Assembly (NCBI RefSeq): GCF_036971445.1
Contig: NC_091469.1
Location: 195,672,001-195,736,000 of the forward strand
Direction of reading: 5' to 3'
Length of the DNA stretch: 64,000 bases
Source of the DNA: Narcine bancroftii
Taxonomy: Eukaryota
This document shows, in pieces, positions 23,881-35,548 of the stretch; within the stretch, counting starts at the first letter, position 1, and each line of letters opens with the position of its first letter. The position numbers were made by a program, and so were the translations under genes. Under the pieces are notes generated by a model. That model did no database searches. It saw only the letters and a program-made list of their open reading frames with translations, and was not told where the DNA came from.

Positions 23881-24798
23881 TGTGCCAAAATGTTTGGCCT
23901 GGAAGTCAGCCTGAAGAAAACTGAGGTCCTCCATCAGCCAGCTCCCCACCATGACTATCAGCCCCCCCACATCTCCATTGGGCACACAAGACTCAAAACG
24001 GTCAACCAGTTTACCTATCTCGGCTGCACCATTTCATCAGATGCAAGGATCGACAACGAGATAGACAACAGACTCGCCAAGACAAATAGCGCCTTTGGAA
24101 GACTACACAAAAGAGTCTGGAAAAACAACCAACTGAAAAACCTCACAAAGATAAGCGTATACAGAGCTGTTGTCATACCCACACTCCTGTTCGGCTCCGA
24201 ATCATGGGTCCTCTACCGGCATCACCTACGGCTCCTAGAATGCTTCCACCAGCGTTGTTTCTGCTCCATCCTCAAAATTCATTGGAGCGACTTCATCCCT
24301 AACATCGAAGTACTCGAGATGGCAGAGGCCGACAGCATCGAATCCACACTGTTGAAGATCCAACTGCGCTGGGTAGGTCACGTCTCCAGAATGGAGGACC
24401 ATCGCCTTCCCAAGATCGTGTTATATGGCGAGCTCTCCACTGGCCATCGTGTCAGAGGTGCACCAAAGAAGAGGTACAAAGACTGCCTAAAGAAATCTCT
24501 TGGTGCCTGCCACATTGACCACCGCCAGTGGGCTGATCTCGCCTCAAACCGTGCATCTTGGCGCCTCACAGTTCGGCGGGCAGCAACCTCCTTTGAAGAA
24601 GACTGCAGAGCCCACCTCACTGTCAAAAGACAAAGGAGGAAAAACCCAACACCCAACCCCAACCAACCAATTTTCCCTTGCAACCGCTGCAACCGTGTCT
24701 GCCTATCCCACATCGGACTTGTCAGCCACAAACGAGCCTGCAGCTGACGTGGACACTTACCCCTCCATAAATCTTCGTCCGCGAAGCCAAGCCAAAGT
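23881..24798 (+). mobile_element. Young 5'-truncated RTE-clade (BovB-like) LINE; intact 285-aa ORF C-terminus
   Basis: ORF 23890..24747 has FGLEVSLKKTEV, FTYLGCTIS, AVVIPTLLFGSESW, QLRWVGHVSRM, RLPKIVLYGEL and a terminal CxxC..H zinc finger. Short 3' UTR ends gaagccaagccaaag. Confidence 0.93.
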
Positions 24799-24799
24799 C

Positions 24800-25980
24800 A
24801 AGCAAAGTCTGTCATGTTAAACTCCTTTATCCTGTCTTTTGAACCCTTACATCCAGCAAAAAGTATATCGAGCCCAATGGACTTTCTCACAAGTTGGAAA
24901 TCATCTGCTACTTTTGCAACTTCCTTCCTTTACATTACCCAAAGTATAAATGTTCCCTCCCAGCCCTATCTCCAACATTCGCATTTCACTAGTTTCTCTC
25001 CAATCTCCCCTCATGAACTCTTGTAACTCATTTTGTATGCGAGAAACATGTCCTGCACCCTTGGTTCTGTTCCCAATAAATTGATGAGCATTACCTTAAA
25101 TTTCTAATCGCTCATGCTCCTACCTGCCTATTATGTTCCCCTCTCTTTTAAATCTGCCATAATTACCCATCTCTGTGCCTGAAAACCATTGAACTATTTC
25201 CAATCTTCCCTCACCACCCACCCCCACCCTATCCTCTAAAGTCCTTGGATGTGTTGTATCTTGCCAAATACATTCTTACTTAACCTGAAATTCCTGTTTG
25301 AATCTCTACAATAAAGTTTCTATGCTTACCATATTATAGGTTTTTCAATGTCACTCAAGAATTCTTGTGTAAATGTAACAAAAGATATTCTGCACTCCCT
25401 TGAACTTCTCAATCTGCCAAGGTTGGCCACTCCAACCTCAATGCCTTTCCCACCACCATCTAGTTAGATGGAATACCATTGCCTGCCAATTTATTTTTTA
25501 CATATTCAATCAGAAAATTAAAACATTGTCAATGGTTTCTCTATACAAAGCTGCACTATTACCCCTGGGGATCTAACTTATCATTCAGCTACATGCTCTC
25601 ACCCAAAAATGTGACAATTTCTACATGCCAGCTAATAAAAGTCAGCTTTATGTCTTCACCTCTTCCATCAACTCCTCATGAAATCGCCACTTCCTCTAGG
25701 AACTAATGTTTGCCTATTTTCCATTGATGAAAAGGCAAAAAATGTCTCCAACTAAATATTTGGAAAACCAAAACTTTCATATTCAACCATCATCATAAAA
25801 TCTACTTCTTACACCACATTTTATATCTCCCCCTGGTAATTTTCTAAACCTAAACCAGACTGTTTACAGTCTTGGCATTTTATCTGAGGCTGAGTGAGTT
25901 CAGGTCTTCCATTTTTGGAGATGCAACTTTACTGGACTCTCACCCCATCTGCTGCTGAAACCCTCATCCCATGCCTTAAG
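24800..25980 (+). mobile_element. Old L2-like LINE RT remnant (host of the RTE insertion; upstream part near 23590-23870)
   Basis: Pyrimidine-rich, with degenerate FKSAIITP, SNLP..SKVLE and gctgctgaaaccctcatcc motifs. Confidence 0.55.
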
Positions 25981-26340
25981 AACTATAGAACCATAAAACA
26001 TTCCAACATAGAAAACAGGCCCTTTTAGTCTGTGCCAAACTATTAGTCCATCTAATCCCACTGACCTGTGCCTAGTCCATATCCCTCCATACTCCTCCCA
26101 TCCATGTACCTGTCCAATTTTTTTTAAATTGAGCCTGCGTTCACCACTTCATCTGGCAGCTCATTCCATACAACCACCACTATCTTTGTGAAGAAATTCC
26201 CCCTAACGTTCCTCCAAAATCTCTCCCCATTTACCCTTAACCCATGTCCTCTGGGTTGTATTTCACCTAACCTCAGTGGATAAAGCCTGCTTGCATTCAT
26301 TCTGCCTATCCCATCACACTTCTATCAAATCTCTCTTCAT
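25980..26340 (-). mobile_element. CR1 3' end
   Basis: Tail actatagaaccata; reverse complement of 34730-35108. Confidence 0.85.
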
Positions 26341-27965
26341 TCAAGTCAAGTCAAGTTTATTACTATCTGATTGCACAAGTACAAACTAACAAAATAGTCT
26401 TCTCCGGTCCTCGATCCAAAACATGCAGACAAAAACAGTCATAATACACATACAAACAAGTATTCATACATACAAACGAATAAATAAAAATTATTTCATG
26501 AACATGAGAGTTTCAGATGCAAGCAGTTCCTTTGGTCGATAAAAATTCTCAATGCTTGTGGGCAGAAGCTGTTCCTCAACCTGATGGTGCAGGCTCTGAT
26601 ACTTTCCCAATGGGAGCAGCTGAATGATGCATTGTGCAGGGTGGAAGGGGTCCTCAATGTTTTTGTGTTCCCTCTTCAGTCAACGATCCCGGTAGATCTT
26701 GTCAATGGGGGAGGTTAGGGAAACTCCAGTGGTCCTCTCTGCCACTCTTATGATCCTGTGGATTGGCTTCAGATCCATTCCTCTGAAGCAACTGGACCAC
26801 ACTGTGATGCAGCTGACCAGGACGTTCTCGGTAGAGTGTCTGTCGAAGGTTTACATAATGGTTGGTAGTTGCCTTGCCCTCTTCAGTCTTCTCAGGAAGT
26901 GCCTTCCTGACAAGTGAGGAGAGGTTGGGTGTCCATAATAGGTCACTAGTTAAGTGAACTCCAAGGAACTTGGTGCTCTCCATTCTTTCCACTGGAGAGT
27001 TATTGTTGTTTAGTGGAGGGTGGTCATTCCTAGTCCTTCTAAAGTCCACGATCATCTCCTTCGTCTTGTCCACGTTGAGACTCAGGTTGTTAATCTTGCA
27101 CCACATCATGAGATTTTCCATCTCTTCTTTGTTGCTGATGAGGTCAACTACTGTTGTGTAATTTGCAAACTTGATGACATTGTTAGAGCTGGATCTAGGT
27201 CAGTAGCATTAACAGGAACGGGTTGAACACACAGCCCTGAGGTGCATCAGTGCTCAGTGTGACAGTGCTCGATGTTTTGCTACCGACGCAGACACACTGT
27301 GGTCTTTCTGTTAAGAAGTCCAGAATCCAGTTGCCGAGAAATGTGTCGAGTCCCAGTGGGTACAGATTCTCCACCAACTTCTGGGGAATGATTGTATTAA
27401 ACACTGAGTTGAAGTGCTGAACAGTAGCTTGCTGTATGAAGCAACAGGTGGGTCAGGACTGAGTGAAAAGGACAAGGCTATAGCATCGTCTGTAGCACGG
27501 TTTCTTCTATAGGTAAATTGAAATTGGTCAAGCATTCTGGGAAGTGTGCTTTGATGCATTCCATTACCAGATGCTCAAAAAATTTCATAATGGTGGAGGC
27601 CAGAGCCACAGGATGGTAGTCATTGAGCCCTCTTGAGTACCGGGATGATGGTGGCTGTCTTGAACCCTGTGGGAATGATGGACTGCTGCAGTGAGTTGTT
27701 GAAGATGTTCAGGAAGACCTCTGTCAATTGATCTGCCCAGTCCTTCAGCACCCAACCAGGTATGTTGTCTGGTCCCGCCTCCTTGTGTAGGTTAATCTTG
27801 AATGAGGTTCTCCTAACTTTGGCTGTTCTATGCAGGGAGCCCCTTCAGAGGGCACAGCTTTCTTTGGCATCATCCGTGCAACAAAAGATGCATCCAACTG
27901 TCAACTCATGCTTATTGAGCAAAACTGGCTTCTGGATAAGCATCACAATCCAGGTGTTTCCCAAT
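26341..27965 (-). mobile_element. Rex1/Babar LINE, RT to 3' end, decayed
   Basis: [74 protein letters not shown]; 3' tail AATAAA(CTTGA)3. Confidence 0.88.
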
Positions 27966-28009
27966 CCCTCCAAAGTTTTGGTCCTCTAACTCTGTAATCT
28001 CCTCCAACC

Positions 28010-28330
28010 CAATCACTGGCAAGTAGTGCCAGAAACTCAGGTTCAATCCTCACCTCCAACACTGACTGCATGGAGTTTTCACATTCTTTCTGTGACTGCC
28101 TAGCTTTCCTCTGGGTGCCCCAGATTCTTCCACATTTCAAAGATGGTGTGGAATTCTAGGTTAATTGGCCACTATAAATTTCCCCCTGGTTTGTAAATGA
28201 GTGGTGAATCCGAGAGGAGTGCAAGAGCAGAAAAATGTGATTATTGTCTGTTTGGCGTAAAATGGGTGGTCAGCATGGACTTGATTGGCTGAAGGGCTGT
28301 TTCCATACTGCATGTTTCTATGACCTTCTG
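28010..28330 (+). mobile_element. V-SINE (HE1-like, tRNA-derived)
   Basis: B-box-like ggttcaatcc; V-domain tggagttttcacattct..tttcctctgggtgccccag; CR1-like tail gctgaagggctgtttccatactg. Confidence 0.8.
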
Positions 28331-28779
28331 AGGTATCACCACTTCTCTCATTTTGATTTCTTGATCTGCTCTGAATCAACTCTGAAACACCTTTGACAAC
28401 CTGACTGCCACTGCTGAGATCTTAAGATGTGGAGTTAATTTCCTAAACCTCCACATGTGTCTGTTTCTTTTCCCTTTTAAGTGTTTTTAACACACTCTTT
28501 CCCCATCCCCGACCAAACTTTTGGTCACGTACTCGTTTCTCCTATGTGACTTAGTGTCAATTTTTTAAACAATGTCTTATAAAGTTTTAACATTAAAAGT
28601 TTTGTAAAATATAATTTGTTGTTAAACTGCATAAATATGCAACAAAACTCACAGATACAACCTTGCCACCACTGTATCACATCTCATTGTATGAAAATAA
28701 ATTTATGCTTACAAAATTAAACAATAAATTCTAACTGATAGCTGTTGTTATTACAGTTTCTCACAGCATTAAAACAAAA

Positions 28780-29180
28780 TTTTAAAAACTGCAGATGCTG
28801 AAAATCAAAAATAAAAACAGAAAATGCTGGAAATATTCAGCAGATCAGGCCACCTCAATGGAAAGAGAAAGAGCTCATGTTTCAAGATGAAGACAAATGT
28901 ATTTTTTGCACTTTTCTGAAAGGAAATTTCCATTTGGTCACCTTTAAGCATTTGTAAAATATGCTATAAATATGGATGTTCTTGTAACTGTAATTCTCAT
29001 TTATCCTGAGTATAAGGCAGAATCAAGCATATTTACAAAACTGAGCAGACTGAAAATTGCTGGAGGAACTCATGATCAGTCTACATTTCTAACCATGGAT
29101 TCTGTCTGTCCTGCTGTATTCCTTTAGCAATTCTTTGTCTGCTCAAGATTCCAGCAACTGCAGCTTTTGTATTTCTTCAT
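28780..29180. repeat. Penelope-terminus-derived repeats (one arm at 28785-28895, a palindromic copy at 29040-29180)
   Basis: aaactgcagatgctgaaaatcaaaaataaaaacagaaaatgctggaaatattcagcagatcaggc. Confidence 0.7.
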
Positions 29181-30389
29181 TGCAAAACATACCTCCAAGG
29201 CATCACTCAGTGTTAGTGTAATTAGCCTGTGACTTAATTAAAGGTAATACTGTTAAACAAAAGCAGACAAATTTCTGTTCTAAGCTTACATACCCACAAT
29301 TTAGAAGGTCCCCATAAATATGCTGACAACTGTTTATCCTTCTTCCAACTAAGTATTTTACAGGGTTATTTTAATTTTTAAATACTAGCATTTATTTTAT
29401 AAAATAATTATATCCAATAAGAGAAAGCTATCACCTTTTTCATTTGACTAGAACTTTATACCAATAGCTTATTTAAAATCAAGATTTACACCAGTGAATG
29501 ATCACTTAAACTCCCTTTGAGATATGATTTTGATTTAATTAATCCCATAACTACCTGAGAGACAAAATATTGTCTTTAAGATTTAACTTAACCCTTTTAA
29601 GATTGAAACAACCTGACATGCCTCTCATCATCAGTAAAAGTGTACATGAAACAACATCATTAATTAGTTGAATTAGGGCATAATGAATCTGCTGCAAAAA
29701 GACTGTCTGGACATGATGGATGTTGACTGCTGTATCCAAGCAGCAGCAACAATTAACATTAAGGGTGTGTAAATATGGAAAAGTTGAACTATGAATTAGA
29801 AATATGGAAGTACTGCATCTATTAATAGTTGCAGATGGGCTTTCAGTGTCTCTCAACATTCTGTTGCAGAACGCCAATTCACTGATATGAATATTGGGTT
29901 AAAAAGGTTGCTATCTACATTCATAAACAATCAGAAAATAGGGGGGCTATGTGTAGGCCTTTGAATTTTTGACAGCATATTGAAACAATTGGAAAAAAAA
30001 GTTTAAATGTGCCATTTAGCATGAAGATTTCCTTGGAATTGAAGCAATTGATGATGAATTGGTAGAGATGTTTAAAAATTATGAGAAATGTAGCAGGTTG
30101 GATAGAATTAGATGCCTGGAACTTTATCCCTAGTTCCTAAATATGCTATGCCATAATGGAGGCTGATCAATGAAATATAATTTTAAATGCCAAGTAGAAA
30201 CACTTAACAGGGCTTACTAAAAGTAAATTTCTAGCAAGAAAGCTTTCAATAAATTAGGGGTCCAGAACAAAGGAACAGATGCAAAATTAAATCCAAACTG
30301 TATTAGAACAAGAGTAGAGTGGTTTCACATGGAGAATTGTAGCAGGGACCTTGTCAACATTAATTAATTAATTAATAAGCATAAGATGG

Positions 30390-30745
30390 GTCATAGAACA
30401 CAAAATATTGTGATCCTTTGGCCCACAATGTTGTGCTGTGACCTATAAAATTACTAAACCCTCCCAACCTCATAACCCTCTATTTTTCTTTCATCCATGT
30501 GCCTGTCTAAGAGTCTCTTAAATGGCCCTACTGTTCCAGACTCCACCACCGCCCCTGGCAATGCATTCCAGCAACCCACAACTCTCTGCAAAAAACTTAC
30601 CTTCGATATTTCCTCATAATGTTTTTCCCTTCACTTTGTACAGATGTCCTCTAGTGTTTGCTACCCCTGCCCTGACAAAGGTACTGGCTGTCTACCTTAT
30701 CTGTGCTTCTCATAAGCTTGTTAACTTCTATTAAATCACCTCTCA
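30390..30745 (-). mobile_element. CR1-like 3' fragment
   Basis: catagaac..cctttggcccacaatgttgtgc..ccatgtgcctgtctaagagtctcttaaatg..cccacaactctctg. Confidence 0.75.
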
Positions 30746-31229
30746 AGGGAAATGGAATAATGTTAACACAGCAAAGGGTTAAAAAGCTTCAATCACAGCA
30801 GCCAATAAGTTGGAGGTCTGTTGCATTTTCAGAATAATTCTTTGTCAGTGGAACTTATGTTTATGGACTACTTGTAACATAGAGAAAAAAAAATCCCATG
30901 TTATTTCTAATAAGTTTCAAGAAAAAATAGCCAAGAGTATCAATGACCAAAATGGGTCATACCAAGCAAATTAGCTCTGGTAAAGTTACTTTGATATCTT
31001 AAATGCAAAATAGTTAGAAATGTCTACAAATGTAAAGCTTAAATCACAAAAATTACCAAGTTCAGAAGCAGATCAATTTCCCTTAACCCTCTGGTTAAAA
31101 AATGCAGCTCTGCTTATAATGAATATTGTGTGTTATGAATGGTTCAGGAAAATGAATCTTTTAATGTTTCTTGGATGTAATGCAAATACACCAAAATCTT
31201 ACCAGAATTCCCAATGTTACATTCAGAGG

Positions 31230-34200
31230 AGATTCAGAATGGTAAGGCTTTGGCTCAACAGGCTTCGGCGAGAACAGGTTAGAGACGAAAGGGCCACCCC
31301 ATTCAAGAAACAAAACATATTTAGCAGGTAGGCACAAGTAAGGGCAGGTTTTGGATATCATTTATTTTCCTCCAGTCATAGATGGCACCCAAAGCAGGGG
31401 AATGCTCTTATTGCAAAATGTGGGTTGTCAGGGAAGCCAGCAGTATCCCTGACGACTTTATCTGCAAGAATTGCATCCAGCTCCAGCTCCTGACAAGCCA
31501 AATTAAGGTATTGGAGCTGGAGTTGGATGAACTCGGGATCATTCAGAAGGCAACGGGGGTGATAGACAGGAGTTAAAGGGACACTATCACACCTAGTGAG
31601 CAGGAGGAGGGTAGGTAGGTGACAGTCAGGAGAGGGAAAGGAAACAGGCAGACAGTGCAGGGCAACCCTGTGGGAGTTCCTCTCAATAATAAGTATACCA
31701 TTTTGGATACTGTTGGGGGAGGAAATCTACCAGGGACAAGCCACGGCAATCAGGTTTCTGGCACAGAGTCTGGTCCTGTGGCAAAAAAGGGAAGGAGGAG
31801 AAGAGGCAAGCTGTAGTGATAGGGGATTCCATAGAAAGGGAGTTAAGAGGTTCTGTAGAAGAGATCGAGTATCCCGGTTGGTATGTTGCCTCTCTGGTGC
31901 CAGGGTTCAAGATATCTCAGAATGAGTTCAAGGCATTCTCAGGAGGGAGGGTGAACAGCCAGGTGTCATGGTCCATATAGATGAGAAGGTCCTTCAAGGA
32001 GAATTCAGGGAGTTAGGCACTAGGTTGAAGGACAGGACCTCCAGGGTTGTGGGCTCAGGATTGCTACCCTTTGCTCGTGCTAGTGAGGTTAGACATATGA
32101 GGATAATGCAACTTGACACAGAGCTAAAGACATGGAACAGAAGGGAAGGCTTCAGGTTTCTGGATTATTAGGTTCTCTTCTAGGGAACGGGGATCCTGTT
32201 CCGACAGGATGGTTTGCATCTGAACTGGAAGGGGACTAATATCCTTGCGGGAAAATGTTCTAGTGCTGCTCCAGAGAGTTTTCAGGAGGAAGAGAACCAG
32301 AGTGCCAGGGCAGACAGAGGAGTGGAGGAGGGAAAAGATTATGTGAAAATTGCAAGCACCATTAGACATCAACAGGTTGAACGTGGTGGAAATGTTCTCA
32401 GGTGCATCTATTTCAATGCAAGGAGTATTGTTGGAAAGACCAATGAGCTTAGAGCGTGGATTGGCACATAGAATTATGTGCCAATTCGTGAAACTTGGCT
32501 GTAGGAGGGGCAAGACTGGCAGCTCAGTGTTCTGGACTTCAGTTGATTTAGACACAATAGAATGGGGGGGATGAAAAGAGGAGGAGTGGCATTACTCATC
32601 AGGGAAAATATTACAGCTGGGCTCAGGTAGAACAGACCAGAAGGTTCATCTACTGAGGCTATATGGATGGAGCTGAGGAACAGGAAAAGAATGACCATAC
32701 TCATGGGGTTGTATTGTAGACCACCCAATAGTGAACAAGATTTGAAGGAGCAAATCTGTAGAGAGATAGCAAACATAAGGTTGTGATAGTAGGAGATTAT
32801 AATTTTCCACATATTGACTGGAACTCCCAACTGTAAAAGGGCAGGATGGCTTGGAGTTTGTCAAAGGTGTTCAGGAAAGTTTTCTAAATCATATACAGGT
32901 ATAGAGGTACTAACAAGAGAGAGTGCAATACTGGATCTCCTATTAGGGAACGAGACAGGACAGGTGACAGAAGTATGTGTAGGGAACATTTTGGATCCAG
33001 TATCATAATGCCATTAATTTCAAGTTAATTGTGGAGAAGGACAGGTCTGGGCCTTGGGTTGAGATTCTCAATTGGAGAAAGGCCAATTATGAGGAAATGA
33101 GAAAGGATCTAGAATGTATGCATTAGGATTTGTTGTTTACAGGCAAGGATGTGCGAGGTAAGTGGAGACCTTTCAAAGGTGAAATTTTGAGTGTACTAAG
33201 ATTGTATGTACCTGTCAAGATTAAAGGCAAGGTTACCAGGCATAGGGAACCTTAATTTTTGAGGGATATTGGGGAGCTGGTTCAGAACAAGAGAGATGTG
33301 TATAACAGATATAGGCAACATGTAGTAAATGAGGTACTTGAAGAGTACAAAAAATTGCAAGAAAAAACTCAAGACAGAAATCAGGAAGGCTAAAAGAAGA
33401 CATGAGGTTGTTGGCAGATAAATGTGAAGGAAAATCCTAAGAGTTTCTAGGGGTATATTAAGAGCAAAAGGATAATAAGATGAGAGTGGTCAGCTTTGTA
33501 TGGAACCAAAAGAGATAGGGATGATTTTAATTTTTTTCATCAGTATTCACTCAGGAAATTGGCACAGAGTTGTGGGAAGTAAGGAAAACAAGGAGTGAGG
33601 TCAAAGAACCTATACAGATTAAAGAGGAGGAAGTCTTTGCTGTCTTAAAGCAAATAAGGATAGATAAATCCCCAGGCCCTGATAAGATATTCCCTCGAAT
33701 CTTGAGGGAGGCTAGTGTAGAATAAGCCAGTGAGCCTGTCATTAGTAGTAGGTAAATGATTGGAAGGTGTTCTAAGAGATCGGATATACAATTATTTGGA
33801 TAGTCAGAAACTGATTAGGGATTGTCAACATGGCTTTGTGCATGGTAGGTTGTGTTTAACCGATCTTATAGATTTTTTCGAGGAGGTTACCTGGAAAGTT
33901 GATGAAAGTGGATGTTGTCTACATGGACTTCAGTAAGGCTTTGACAAGGTCCAAAATGGGAGGTTAGCCAGAAAGGTTCCGACACTAGGTATTCAAGGAG
34001 AAGTATTGACTGGATTCGACAGAGGCTGGATGGGAGCAGCCAGAGAGTAGTGGTGGATGATTGCTTCTCTGACTGAAGGCCTGAGACTAGTGATGTACCT
34101 TGGAGATCAGTTCTGGGACCATTGTTGTTTGTCAACTATATCAATGATCTGGGTGATAATGAAGTACATTGGATCAGCGTTTGCAAATTACACAAAGATT

Positions 34201-35110
34201 GGAGGTGTTGTGGACAGTGAAAAAAGTTTGCAAAGCTTGCAGAGAGATCTGCACCAGCTGGAAAAATAGGTTGAAAATTAGCAGATGGAATTTAATACAT
34301 ACAAGTGTGAGATCGAGTATGTATTGTCCTAATACATTTTGGAAGGACAAGCCAAGAAAAGATATGTACAATAAATGGTAGGGCACTGAGGGGTGCAGTA
34401 GAAGAGAGGGATCTGGGAATACAGATGCAAAATTCCCTGAAAGTGACGTTACAGGAAGATAGGATTGTCAAGAGAGCTTTTGGCATATTGGCCTTCATAA
34501 ATCAAAGTATTGAGAATAGGAGTTGGATGTTATAGTAAAGTTGTATAAGACATTGGTAAGGCCAAATTTGGAGTATTATGTGCAGTTTTGGTCACCTAAC
34601 TACAGGAAAGATATCAATAAGATAGAAAGAGTGCAGAGAAGATTTACTAGGATGTTGCTCAGATTTCAGGAACTAAGTAACCGGGAAAGGCTAAAGAGGT
34701 TGTGACTTTATTTCCTAGAGTGTAGAAGAATGAGGGGAGATTTGATAGAGGTATTTAAAACTATGAGGGGGATAGACAGAGTAAATGTTGATAGACTTTT
34801 TTCCACTGAGGGTAGGTGAGATACAAACCAGAAGACAATGGTTAAGAGTGAAAGGGGAAAAGTTTAGGAGGAACATGAGGGGGATCTTCACACAGAGAGT
34901 GATGGGAGTGTGAAATGAGCTGCCAGCTGAGGTGGTGAATATGGGCTCAATTTTAACATTTAAGAGGAATTTGGACAAGTACATGGATGGGACAGGTATG
35001 GAGAACTATGGACTGGTTGCAGGTCAGTGGGTCTAGACAAAAAATAATGGTTTGGCACAGACTAGAAGGCTGTTTCTGTGCTGTAATGTTCTATGATTCT
35101 ATGGTTCTAA
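31230..35110 (+). mobile_element. Near full-length CR1 LINE (decayed): ORF1 zinc finger plus SGNH esterase, ORF2 EN and RT
   Basis: MAPKAGECSYCKMW..FICKNCIQLQLL; VVIGDS..VCCLSGARVQDIS; LRCIYFNARSIVGK; DKSPGPD; YKTLVRPNLEYYVQFWSP; tail ttctatgattctatggttcta. Confidence 0.95.
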
Positions 35111-35548
35111 ACCAAGCTTATATTCCCTTGGACGGTGGTTCTCAATCATTTTTCACCCACAGACTATCTATACAAACCACGGGCTGGTGGGTGTGCAACA
35201 TAGTTGACTCAAGCTTCTTCCCAGACCACTTGTGAATGTTATTTTTGGTGGGAATTTTTTTTGAAAAGTTTTTTATTGGCATCAAATTTACAACTTTGTT
35301 TTACATATTATGTGCTTGTCACATCAGTTATATTTGTCTTTCCTGGATCACCCATAACACACCCAAATGAGTAGTCCACGATCCACAGGGTGAGAAATAA
35401 TGTTCCAGTATATAAAATGTTCCAGTGGAAGTTTGAACAGAATTGTTGGAATAGATCCAGAAAAACATTTCCTGCTGACAGTGAAGTCTAAGACAATGAA
35501 ATGTCACCTTGATATCAGAGCCATGATAAAAAGGAGATAATCAGAAGG

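Noticed and set aside
28030-28070. tRNA gene suggested by the B-box ggttcaatcc
   Set aside because: It is a degenerate SINE head with no cloverleaf.
31382-32260. Host zinc-finger or SGNH esterase gene
   Set aside because: It is CR1 ORF1, contiguous with EN and RT and full of stops and frameshifts.
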